Shown here: positions 18,337 through 26,482 of the stretch, piece by piece | How positions within the stretch are numbered: the first letter of the stretch is position 1 | Layout: each line of letters starts with the position of its first letter | DNA from: a virus | Lineage: Duplodnaviria > Caudoviricetes | Reading direction: 5' to 3' (one strand) | Length of the DNA stretch: 28,598 bases | Virus record (IMG/VR): IMGVR_UViG_3300042519_001142 | Location: 1 to 28,598 of that record | Made by a program: the position numbers and the translations under genes | The notes under the pieces: generated by a model | Database searches by the model: none | Seen by the model: only the letters and a program-made list of their open reading frames with translations | What the model was told of the DNA's origin: nothing

Positions 18337-18891
18337 ATGATTGACAAAGACACCTTTTATTTCAAACATGTGGATGTTCCTTGCATTGAAAAAGAAATTG
18401 AAAATTTTAAAAAAGTATATTACATTGCTGATGTAGCTGAATTTAGGAGAGTAGATAACATAAATCATGTAAGAATTTTAATGCCTTCTGTGTTTACATG
18501 GTTTGATGAACATAAAATTGAGATAGATAAAATTTTTGTCATAAGTAATCTACCCGGTCAGATGCAGAGAAAACACATTGATTATGACGCTCGTAAATTA
18601 GCAATTAATTTACTATTAACACCTGAATCTAAAAAAGGAATAACTAAATTTTTTGAATTAAAAGATCCCAATATAATACCTGAATTGTTGTTCACCGAAG
18701 ATACTAATCTACCGTATTCTAAGTATAATGACAGCGACTTAATACCTGTTACATACTATAGTATGGAAAGTCCAATCCTACTCAATACTAACAAAATACA
18801 TAGTGTAATGAACATTACAAGACATCACAGGTCCGTTGTTAGTTTTAGATTTAAAGAAGATCCGTGGTTTTTAATTGAGGAGCAAATATGA
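18337..18891 (+). CDS. Putative Fe(II)/2OG-type oxygenase
   Basis: KHID...AINL...LNTNKIHSVMN...RSVVSFRF. Confidence 0.6.
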   Translation: MIDKDTFYFKHVDVPCIEKEIENFKKVYYIADVAEFRRVDNINHVRILMPSVFTWFDEHKIEIDKIFVISNLPGQMQRKHIDYDARKLAINLLLTPESKKGITKFFELKDPNIIPELLFTEDTNLPYSKYNDSDLIPVTYYSMESPILLNTNKIHSVMNITRHHRSVVSFRFKEDPWFLIEEQI

Positions 18892-19640
18892 AGGGTATAG
18901 GTGAAAAACCTTTTGTTGATTGTCAACATGTCATTGATACTGAAACACTCAAATCTTTGAATTTAGAGATTTGCTCGGGTATTGCATTAAGCAGACCTCA
19001 AGCAGGCGTGTATGGTCCGGGAGTAATTGATGAGAAAAAATATGGAAGTTTCTTGTCGCAGAAAACAAAAATGGCGTTTGATCCTATAATAGAGGAAAGC
19101 AGATGGATGCAAATGGATCACGACCAACAAAACACCTTTTTGAAATTGTACAAAGACTTATACAATCCAAGTTCAACTGTATACTTGCGTGAAGCTAAAA
19201 AAGATGTAGTCGGACTAGTCGCATATAAAAACAAGATGAATCCTGACTATTTTACATGGAACAATAATATAGACTACTTTCCAAAACTTAAAATTTGGTT
19301 AGACAGTTTAATAGGTACTGTGTTTGAACATTATGGAAGAATATTGTTCTTTATACACGAACACGATTGCCAACTGTTACTGCATCGGGATGGGGTATCA
19401 TATTATCCCCACAATAATGAATTTGTATGGTTAAATCCAATGGGTAAGAAAAAATTCTACGTGTTTGATGAAGACACCCATACAAGACATTATGTAGATT
19501 CTCCTGCTGTGTTCTTTAATGATTTAGATATGCACGGAGGAGATGCGACTGGATCTATGACTTGGTCATTAAGAATTGATGGTAAATTCTCAACAGAATT
19601 AAAAAAGAACTTAGCTATTCAAGGTATAGAAAAATATTAA
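18888..19640 (+). CDS. Putative Fe(II)/2OG-type oxygenase
   Basis: GRILFF...LHRD...FFNDLDMHGG...SLRIDG. Confidence 0.55.
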   Translation: MKGIGEKPFVDCQHVIDTETLKSLNLEICSGIALSRPQAGVYGPGVIDEKKYGSFLSQKTKMAFDPIIEESRWMQMDHDQQNTFLKLYKDLYNPSSTVYLREAKKDVVGLVAYKNKMNPDYFTWNNNIDYFPKLKIWLDSLIGTVFEHYGRILFFIHEHDCQLLLHRDGVSYYPHNNEFVWLNPMGKKKFYVFDEDTHTRHYVDSPAVFFNDLDMHGGDATGSMTWSLRIDGKFSTELKKNLAIQGIEKY

Positions 19641-19987
19641 TCGTTTGCTTCAATGATAATTGAATAACCGGTACCGGATGTTTCGAGCCATTTTTTCTTT
19701 TCTTCATAATGCTCTAACATCATATTCTTAACGAATAATGAAATTTCTGGATCAGTCTCATTGATAGTAATCGATGTAACCCAGTTTATAGACTCATCTT
19801 CTGGTTGATACTGTTCTGCCTTCAATTCAAAAGAGCCAAACTTTTGCATGGCAGTAATAGTTTCATCAATTGTTTGACCACCTGTTTCAATTAAATGTTC
19901 TACTGCTGACTTTAGTTTAGATGGGTTTGTACTACTAGGTATTTTTGGATTCCATCTTGGGCCACCCCTCCAGACAACTTTAATCAT
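19637..19987 (-). CDS. Hypothetical protein, tandem paralog B
   Basis: Start reassigned to ATG 19987 (GGAGG SD). GGPRWNPKIPSSTNPSKLKSAVEHLIETGGQTID. Confidence 0.7.
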   Translation of the reverse strand: MIKVVWRGGPRWNPKIPSSTNPSKLKSAVEHLIETGGQTIDETITAMQKFGSFELKAEQYQPEDESINWVTSITINETDPEISLFVKNMMLEHYEEKKKWLETSGTGYSIIIEAND

Positions 19988-20321
19988 TTGTTTCCTCCAC
20001 TTCAATTTTCATTTTAAAACCGTCACCGACGGCAGTTCTACTTTTTTCAAGAATATCTACTATTGCGTCTTTCAAGTTTTCAGTCTCAACTTCAAAATGA
20101 AATACAATCATTGCGTCAATATATCTAGGATCTAAATCTTCAGATATGTTTACCGGCTGTGTACGAAGATAAGAAAGCAAATCTATCCCTACGTCAAGCG
20201 TCAATCCACCTTGTACTATTAGATGCTCTAACCCGGATTGAGTTTTTCCTGGATACACCAAACTAGGTGTATTGCTATCCCATTTTTCCCCACCGCTAAA
20301 TATGTAATTGATTTTGTACAT
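19980..20321 (-). CDS. Hypothetical protein, tandem paralog A
   Basis: GGEKWDSNTPSLVYPGKTQSGLEHLIVQGGLTLD aligns by eye with paralog B. Confidence 0.7.
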   Translation of the reverse strand: MYKINYIFSGGEKWDSNTPSLVYPGKTQSGLEHLIVQGGLTLDVGIDLLSYLRTQPVNISEDLDPRYIDAMIVFHFEVETENLKDAIVDILEKSRTAVGDGFKMKIEVEETND

Positions 20322-20329
20322 GCTAATAT

Positions 20330-21523
20330 TTATTCTAAATATTGCTTGTGGTATTTAAACCATATAGGAAATTCTTCTTCTAAATCTTTATTTTGTATTG
20401 TAGCAAAGTCTTTAAAATATCTTGCTTGCATTGAATAATTGGACCTAGCAAACGCTAATGCTTTTTTGGCATGTTGTTCTAATGCAGGATGTTTAATAAT
20501 ATCACTATCCAAGTAGTGTTTTATATATTCTTTGTCAGAGTGCCATAATGCTGCCATGTCAGTAAACGCTAAAACATTGTGCAACACTTCAATCTCATGT
20601 GGTAATGTCTTTAGATAGTCAATTGTATTTTGAAATGAAAAGAGATTTAGACTTTGCAAGCAAACATTTGCATAATATTTGCTGGTTTTTAGTTCATCCA
20701 TATATCTACATAAAATACTAATTTTTTCATCCCAGTTTGTAGGCCAACGAATAAACTGATCTTCACGACCGGTTGATTCTAAGCTGAATCTAAATTCTAC
20801 ATTTTCAATGTGATTCATCAACTCAACAATCTCGGGATCGTATATAGTTCCATTTGTAACTATGTGTAAAAACTTTATCGGAGTCTCTTTGGTAATTAAA
20901 AATTTTAGAAAGTCTTTGAATTTAGGATTAAAAAAAGGCTCACCCCCAGACAGTTTTATAGAAGTTATGTTTGAACACAATTCTTTAAGTTTTTCATATG
21001 ACGCATCATTCTTAGTCCAATCTAAGTTGTCAAATATGTTTAATTGTCTTTTATATAATTGGCGCTGGCCCTCATCTTCTGTTATTTGAACCATTTTCAT
21101 TCTAGTAGACTGTAAGTTAGAACTTAATGAAGGAGCACACATCGTACAACTCAAATTACAAAGATAACCAAATTGCACATCTAAGAATTTTAACTTTGGA
21201 TTTTCTATATATTTTTCAAAGTCTGTGTCTATAGTATCATTAAATATTTTTTGATAATGTTGTCTATAACTACTAACACCCAATGCTTCTTGTGACCAAC
21301 ACCTGCTACATTCTGGCGTTGCTGACATAATGTTATCGTACTGCATTTTGGATTGCAATTTTTTAATAGTATCAGTGGGCCACGCAATATCAGCGTCATC
21401 TTTGATGTTGTCCCATTTTACCATGCTTACATCCATTTGATTACAGCAAGCTCTAATTACTCCACGAGGAGATACACTTAACGCTGTAAATGGTATCAAG
21501 CATAACTTTGAATCGTTGTCCAT
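20330..21523 (-). CDS. Radical SAM enzyme with N-terminal SPASM/twitch-like Cys domain
   Basis: CNLSCTMC (CxxxCxxC), SGGEPF, VTNGT; N-terminal CLIPF...RACC...CSRCW. ATG 21523 preferred as it lies just after a CTAAATA motif. Confidence 0.88.
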   Translation of the reverse strand: MDNDSKLCLIPFTALSVSPRGVIRACCNQMDVSMVKWDNIKDDADIAWPTDTIKKLQSKMQYDNIMSATPECSRCWSQEALGVSSYRQHYQKIFNDTIDTDFEKYIENPKLKFLDVQFGYLCNLSCTMCAPSLSSNLQSTRMKMVQITEDEGQRQLYKRQLNIFDNLDWTKNDASYEKLKELCSNITSIKLSGGEPFFNPKFKDFLKFLITKETPIKFLHIVTNGTIYDPEIVELMNHIENVEFRFSLESTGREDQFIRWPTNWDEKISILCRYMDELKTSKYYANVCLQSLNLFSFQNTIDYLKTLPHEIEVLHNVLAFTDMAALWHSDKEYIKHYLDSDIIKHPALEQHAKKALAFARSNYSMQARYFKDFATIQNKDLEEEFPIWFKYHKQYLE

Positions 21524-21564
21524 AACATATTTAGTTGAGCAGTACATCCTAAATAAATATTCGT

Positions 21565-22149
21565 ATGAACTACATCATCAGACCGCTTGAACTAAGAGAC
21601 CTATCCATAATGGAAGAAAAAATAAAAGAATGCAATACATTTAACTTTGCTAATTCTAGGGCATCTATGTCAAAGGAAGACTATTTAAAATACAGCACAA
21701 ATTTGTTTCATATGGAACGGCATGTAATACATGGATGTTTCTATAAAGATGAATTGACAAGCATGATCGCAACGCATGAGTTAAAGATAATACCAAGCTA
21801 TATTATTAAAAACTACAAAGTGTTTAGTCCTTCTGGATATTTTTCCCCTAGAAAAAATGGTTGGAATTTGTTGCTCACAGCAGTGATAGAATATTTTGAA
21901 TCTAAGGGCTTCTACTCGTTTTATGCAATGCAAGGAGCAGATGAAACTAGAAATTACAATATGAGAAAGTCTGTTGAAATTTTGCAGAAGTATGAGTACA
22001 CAATTGAAGAATTTGTCACGGCAAACACAAGGTCGATATATGGTTTGCACGACCAAACAATGTATTATGGAAAGACAATTTCAGTGGATACTATTGTTAA
22101 CCGTTATACATGCCTACATGAGCATAGATTAGTCCAACCAAAACTTTGA
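21565..22149 (+). CDS. GNAT-like protein
   Basis: MNYIIRPLELRDL, IHGCFYKDELTSMI, FESKGFYSFY. Resembles 16788-17387. Confidence 0.5.
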   Translation: MNYIIRPLELRDLSIMEEKIKECNTFNFANSRASMSKEDYLKYSTNLFHMERHVIHGCFYKDELTSMIATHELKIIPSYIIKNYKVFSPSGYFSPRKNGWNLLLTAVIEYFESKGFYSFYAMQGADETRNYNMRKSVEILQKYEYTIEEFVTANTRSIYGLHDQTMYYGKTISVDTIVNRYTCLHEHRLVQPKL

Positions 22150-22848
22150 AGTGACTCTTTTTAATTTGCACTCACCTTCCATATACTTCCTGCGATGCGG
22201 TGCTTGGTTATTATCAAATATAACAAGATCGTGTAACTCCCACTCTACTGAAACTTTGGGTATATCTGATCCGTTGAGTATGTTCTCGCAATAATTTTTA
22301 AATTGTTTCAAGTCTATACCATTTGCAAAGGACATTCTACTATCGTATCTAAATAGCAACCTATCAACATGCTCACAGTATGAGTAAACTGAACGAATAG
22401 TTTTTGAAGGTCCAATTTTATATTCAGCTAACACCTGAGGTGTTAGCTCGGGGAACTCTTTAATTATCATGTCAGTCAGATATTTTATATCTGCAAACTC
22501 GGTTACATTTTTAGAATCAACATGAGAACAGTATAGTGACCTTATTGGTAGATATGGATTTTTTAAATATGTTTGATCCATGTGCCATCCCATTCTAGAT
22601 GTTCCTAGAAAATCATTATTGTGTAGGTTTATCACGTTCCTGTTACTAATGTCAGTGTCTGTATACGGAGCTTGCTGTTGCACAAAGTTCTGAACTGGTC
22701 CAAACTTTTCCAGAATCTTGATAATGTCGTCATTGTTTAAAGGTGTTCCTTTAAATAACAACACCCCGTGTGCAGTTAACAATTCCTTTAAAGTCTTAGA
22801 TTCAATATCTAATGGGGATTTGTGTAGGATAAGTCCAAAAGTATTCAT
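22129..22848 (-). CDS. TauD/TfdA-family 2OG-dependent dioxygenase
   Basis: HGVLLFKG, WHMDQTY, TEFAD, WELHDLVIFDNNQAPHRR, LKRVT. Confidence 0.88.
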   Translation of the reverse strand: MNTFGLILHKSPLDIESKTLKELLTAHGVLLFKGTPLNNDDIIKILEKFGPVQNFVQQQAPYTDTDISNRNVINLHNNDFLGTSRMGWHMDQTYLKNPYLPIRSLYCSHVDSKNVTEFADIKYLTDMIIKEFPELTPQVLAEYKIGPSKTIRSVYSYCEHVDRLLFRYDSRMSFANGIDLKQFKNYCENILNGSDIPKVSVEWELHDLVIFDNNQAPHRRKYMEGECKLKRVTSKFWLD

Positions 22849-23396
22849 GTGTTAATCAAGTGTAATGGGTTGTTAACAAATCTAATAGATAAACTAATTC
22901 TTCTTGTGTCTTTTAAGTTGTAAACTCTATGTGGTTGAGAAATATTAAAAATTACTGGTTTTTCTAAATCATAAAAGCAAATTTCAGGAAATACATCTGC
23001 TCCTTCATATACTGTATAACTAAGCGCACCGTTAAGTGTTTTGAATTCTTTACCTTCAGTCAACGGTACTAAAAACTTAGTTTGTGTACCTGCGCAGTAC
23101 TGCATATTCATGTTTAGTGCAAGATATGATTGTTCACTACATCCATCTTTGTGTAAATATCCCACAGTGTTTGGTTCTAATATATGTACAGCAACTTTGC
23201 TTATTTCTAATCCTTGAGTTTTTATCCAGTTATAAAATATAGGACAATAGTTAATAAACTGTTGAACATCATCAAGCAAAGCAAAACCAGGCTTATTAAT
23301 CTTTTCAACCTCTTTTAGTGTGTAGTGTCTAGTTTCGGTTAATATAACATCGTAGTTGTCAATTGAGACATATTTGAAATAAAAATTATCCATCAT
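22845..23396 (-). CDS. Putative Fe(II)/2OG-type oxygenase, paralog of 18337-18891
   Basis: FYFKYV, LHKD...ALNM...FNISQPHRVYN...RISLSIRF. Confidence 0.6.
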   Translation of the reverse strand: MMDNFYFKYVSIDNYDVILTETRHYTLKEVEKINKPGFALLDDVQQFINYCPIFYNWIKTQGLEISKVAVHILEPNTVGYLHKDGCSEQSYLALNMNMQYCAGTQTKFLVPLTEGKEFKTLNGALSYTVYEGADVFPEICFYDLEKPVIFNISQPHRVYNLKDTRRISLSIRFVNNPLHLINT

Positions 23397-23448
23397 TTAG
23401 TATTTATCAACCACTTTAGGTCATGATAAATATACGAACAGGAGAATC

Positions 23449-24882
23449 ATGGCTAATTTAATAATATGGAATTGTCTCAACGAGGACATTAATGCGTCTA
23501 GACCTTTAGGTGCTCATCAATTATCAGGTTGGTTAAGAAGTCATGGATACACAGTAAAAGTAATTGATTTTTGTCACGCACTATCCACCGACACACTAGT
23601 GTCATTGACCGAGATGCACATAGATAGTCAGACAGTTGGTGTAGGCGTTAGTTCTACGTTCTGGAATAATATCAATGATGTAAATAGAATGGACAAAAAT
23701 TTTAAAAAAATGTCAACTGATAAATTTTTTGAACCTGCCTGGGTGATAGATGCAAGATTGGAAATAGAGAAAAATCATAATCTAGAATGGTTATTAGGCG
23801 GTGCAAGTGTTACTTACTCTCAGTTAGGTTACTTATCTTCTAGATTTAATTGGGTTAAGTTTTATGGATATGCGGAAGATTCGGTGTTGAAATTTATGGA
23901 TGAAAAATCTAATAAAACAATAACTAGAAGAATATTTGATATAAAAACACAAACTAATTGCTTTTATGATGATTTAGGTTTAATGCCATCTGAGACATTG
24001 TCTTTAGAGTTGGGAAGAGGATGCCAATTTAAATGTAGATTTTGCACATACCCAATGATTGGTAAAGCAAAAGGAACTTATATTAGAGACCTATCATACG
24101 TGGAGGAAGAACTATTATTTAACTACGAAAAATACGGTATTACTAAGTATGCAATAATGGATGACACTGCAAATGAAAGTACAGAGAAGATAGAAGAACT
24201 TGCTAATATAGCACAGAGATTACCATTCAAACTATCATGGGTTGGATACAATCGGTTAGATTTAATTGGCTCACAACCTCAGACCGTAGACTTATTAAAG
24301 GCTAGTGGGTTAAAATCTACATTTTTTGGAATAGAATCTTTTCACCCTGAGGCAAGTAAGATTGTTGGTAAAGGTTGGAATGGTAAGCGAGGCAAAGATT
24401 ATATAGTAGAATTGAACGAACGGTGGAATTATGAAATTTCAATGACATTATCATTTATTGTTGGACTGCCGTATGAAGATGAAAAATCTTTGGCAGAAAC
24501 ACATGAATTTTGTATTCAAAATAATATTTCTTCTTGGATATATTTGCAACTGTATATGAACAAGAACTTTGCACAAAGTGAATTTGAAAAGAACTTTGAA
24601 TCATATGGCTTCTCATTTCCAAATCCAATGAAAAATGACTATTGGGTAAACGATTTGTGGACGCATGAAACTGCTATTAAAAAAGCACAAGAGTTAAATT
24701 ATGAACCAAGAAGAATGGAAATGGTAAAACCCATGACATGGTACATCCCAGTATACTCTACATTAGGTTATGACTTTGATGAAGTAAAGAATATGCCGGT
24801 TAAACAAATTGACAGAATAGATTTGGCCAATAGATTCAGTGCCTTCGTAGACAGTTACGTGGAAAAGCAAAAGAAATTATAA
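23449..24882 (+). CDS. Radical SAM enzyme with B12-binding-like N-terminal domain
   Basis: RPLGAHQLSGWLRSHGYTVKVIDF, ELGRGCQFKCRFC, DDTAN, FFGIESF, FIVGLPYE. Confidence 0.88.
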   Translation: MANLIIWNCLNEDINASRPLGAHQLSGWLRSHGYTVKVIDFCHALSTDTLVSLTEMHIDSQTVGVGVSSTFWNNINDVNRMDKNFKKMSTDKFFEPAWVIDARLEIEKNHNLEWLLGGASVTYSQLGYLSSRFNWVKFYGYAEDSVLKFMDEKSNKTITRRIFDIKTQTNCFYDDLGLMPSETLSLELGRGCQFKCRFCTYPMIGKAKGTYIRDLSYVEEELLFNYEKYGITKYAIMDDTANESTEKIEELANIAQRLPFKLSWVGYNRLDLIGSQPQTVDLLKASGLKSTFFGIESFHPEASKIVGKGWNGKRGKDYIVELNERWNYEISMTLSFIVGLPYEDEKSLAETHEFCIQNNISSWIYLQLYMNKNFAQSEFEKNFESYGFSFPNPMKNDYWVNDLWTHETAIKKAQELNYEPRRMEMVKPMTWYIPVYSTLGYDFDEVKNMPVKQIDRIDLANRFSAFVDSYVEKQKKL

Positions 24883-25698
24883 ATTGTCTTTCCAGTATTC
24901 TGCCAAACTAACTCTGACATCACCCTTGTAGCCAAAGAGTAGACATTCTGATTTCTTTAGGTTGTTATCACTACATAATTTATCTAGTCTGTCTGAATAG
25001 TTAGACCACCAGTAGTCGCAAGGTATGTTGTTGATGATATGAGTAGCTAACTTGACTCCTGACAAATTCACATATCCCAATGAGTTAAGAATAGACAATG
25101 ATGGTATTTCATGCTTGGAGAACAGTAATCCTATTCTATTGTAAGGAATAGCTAATGTTTTGCTAAAACTTACTGACACCGTTTCAAAGTCTGAAACGTC
25201 AACTGATATAGGTCTCACTAAACCCAAGTAAGCACAATCTAAGTGGATTCTTGTAGGGTTGCACTCTTTAGCAAAGTCTAGTTGGGTAGAGTCTCCCCAA
25301 CTATATCCAGGCCAAGATACAATTATATCTTCTACTTTTTCTGGTTCAACTAATTCTTTGTGACTTTTTTTCATCTGATTGTGCCAATATGCATAATAAG
25401 AATAGTCGCCTTTTTTCCAAGTCATCTGACTTTTAGACAGGGAAAAGATAGTATTGAGGCTATCAGTGTTACCATTCATTACATAGACGAACGGAAAACT
25501 ATCTAGGTTCTGTAGCCAATCACTAGACCACTTGATGAACGTTTCTTTGAGTGTGTTGACTGGACCTAATCTTTCAGCGTAGGTTAGGTCTTTGTCATAT
25601 GGACTGTAAACTTCAGGTCCTGCTTGACTTATGATATCTAAAATTTTAGAATCTCTGATGGGTTTGATAAGTTTTTTGTAAAAGTCGGAATAATTCAT
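24877..25698 (-). CDS. Short PLP-dependent enzyme (aminotransferase class I/II-like)
   Basis: HLDCAY and SVSFSKTLAIPYNRIG (Schiff-base Lys motif). Only 273 aa. Confidence 0.7.
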   Translation of the reverse strand: MNYSDFYKKLIKPIRDSKILDIISQAGPEVYSPYDKDLTYAERLGPVNTLKETFIKWSSDWLQNLDSFPFVYVMNGNTDSLNTIFSLSKSQMTWKKGDYSYYAYWHNQMKKSHKELVEPEKVEDIIVSWPGYSWGDSTQLDFAKECNPTRIHLDCAYLGLVRPISVDVSDFETVSVSFSKTLAIPYNRIGLLFSKHEIPSLSILNSLGYVNLSGVKLATHIINNIPCDYWWSNYSDRLDKLCSDNNLKKSECLLFGYKGDVRVSLAEYWKDNL

Positions 25699-25777
25699 TA
25701 CTGTAGTTTGATAGTAATATATTTATTGAATACTTTTGTTTACTAATTAAACTTCGGGTAAATAGTTGAAAAAAGTG

Positions 25778-25806
25778 TTGACATTAATACCTACTTGTGC
25801 TATACT
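25778..25806 (+). promoter_or_regulatory. Sigma70-type promoter
   Basis: TTGACA-17 nt-TATACT with extended -10 TG. Confidence 0.85.
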
Positions 25807-25861
25807 TCAGCATGAATTGAAAAAAGGTGTAATTTTTACACCCAGGACTAAATAAAAGACT

Positions 25862-25999
25862 ATGATGAATAAAACTTGTAACATGCTGAAGCATATCGGA
25901 CAGTGGCTAACGTTAGCCAGTGTATCCTTTGTACCAGCATATCCAACAAGTATTCGCGGTTCAAATGATAACCAAGAGAGAACCCCGGGGACTAGGTAA
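25862..25999 (+). CDS. Putative attenuator leader peptide (45 aa) containing all 20 amino acids; not in ORF track
   Basis: MMNKTCNMLKHIGQWLTLASVSFVPAYPTSIRGSNDNQERTPGTR*. Lies between promoters and a terminator, with its stop codon in the antiterminator arm. Confidence 0.7.
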   Translation: MMNKTCNMLKHIGQWLTLASVSFVPAYPTSIRGSNDNQERTPGTR

Positions 26000-26036
26000 C
26001 AAGTTAACATCATAACAATTTTATCTAACCCCTGGG
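25984..26036 (+). promoter_or_regulatory. Putative antiterminator helix
   Basis: CCCGGGG(25984-90) pairs with CCCTGGG(26030-36) and TAGGTAA(25993-99) pairs with TTATCTA(26021-27). This sequesters the terminator's 5' arm. Confidence 0.65.
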
Positions 26037-26066
26037 AACTAAGAAGTCTCAGGGGTTTTTGCTTTT
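26027..26066 (+). terminator. Rho-independent terminator (attenuator)
   Basis: AACCCCTGGGA / TCTCAGGGGTT stem running into the U-tract TTTTTGCTTTT. Confidence 0.85.
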
Positions 26067-26078
26067 ACAGAGAGGAAT

Positions 26079-26107
26079 TTGACAATAAATGGATGAACAG
26101 ATAGAAT
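26079..26107 (+). promoter_or_regulatory. Possible second sigma70-type promoter downstream of the terminator
   Basis: TTGACA-17 nt-TAGAAT, overlapping the start of a small ORF. Confidence 0.5.
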
Positions 26108-26256
26108 ACAAAACTTCTGAAAACAAACAAGATTGGTTTAGCAATCATGTTTTGACTAAGGAGCAAGTAGCACAGTTGATAGAAGATAAATTTCAACGTG
26201 CTAGAGTCCATTATGAGGCTACTAAGAAAGTCAACCGACTAACTTATACTGATTGA
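26089..26256 (+). CDS. Small hypothetical protein (55 aa), not in ORF track
   Basis: MDEQIEYKTSENKQDWFSNHVLTKEQVAQLIEDKFQRARVHYEATKKVNRLTYTD. AGAGGA lies 12 nt upstream. Confidence 0.5.
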   Translation: MDEQIEYKTSENKQDWFSNHVLTKEQVAQLIEDKFQRARVHYEATKKVNRLTYTD

Positions 26257-26257
26257 T

Positions 26258-26482
26258 GACAGCGTGAATAGGCAACGAGAGCCGTAATACAGCGCAAAAT
26301 GTATAGAATGGGCGGACAGTATATATGAAAGCATGGAGACAACATGTTAGTAAGACTACTGGGTAGGGTATCAACCCTATCATGTCGTGTATTAATACAC
26401 GGCATTCTAAAACATATCTAGTGGAAAATAAGGCCAAGAGGGCAACTCTGATGACTAGGGTGTACTATGTATGTTTTAGAAT
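26258..26482 (+). ncRNA. Putative structured non-coding RNA/leader preceding tRNA array
   Basis: No credible + ORF. Contains multiple hairpins and a 15-bp perfect stem (26402-16/26470-84). Confidence 0.5.

Noticed and set aside
14789-22056. Track ORFs 14789-14977, 16823-17029, 20238-20438, 20862-21089 and 21781-22056
   Set aside because: Antisense shadows of better-supported genes.
26417-26467. Hammerhead ribozyme or fluoride riboswitch (CTGATGA, GAAA)
   Set aside because: Could not build stem III and the UH cleavage site, and the fluoride 5' GGNGAUG element is missing.
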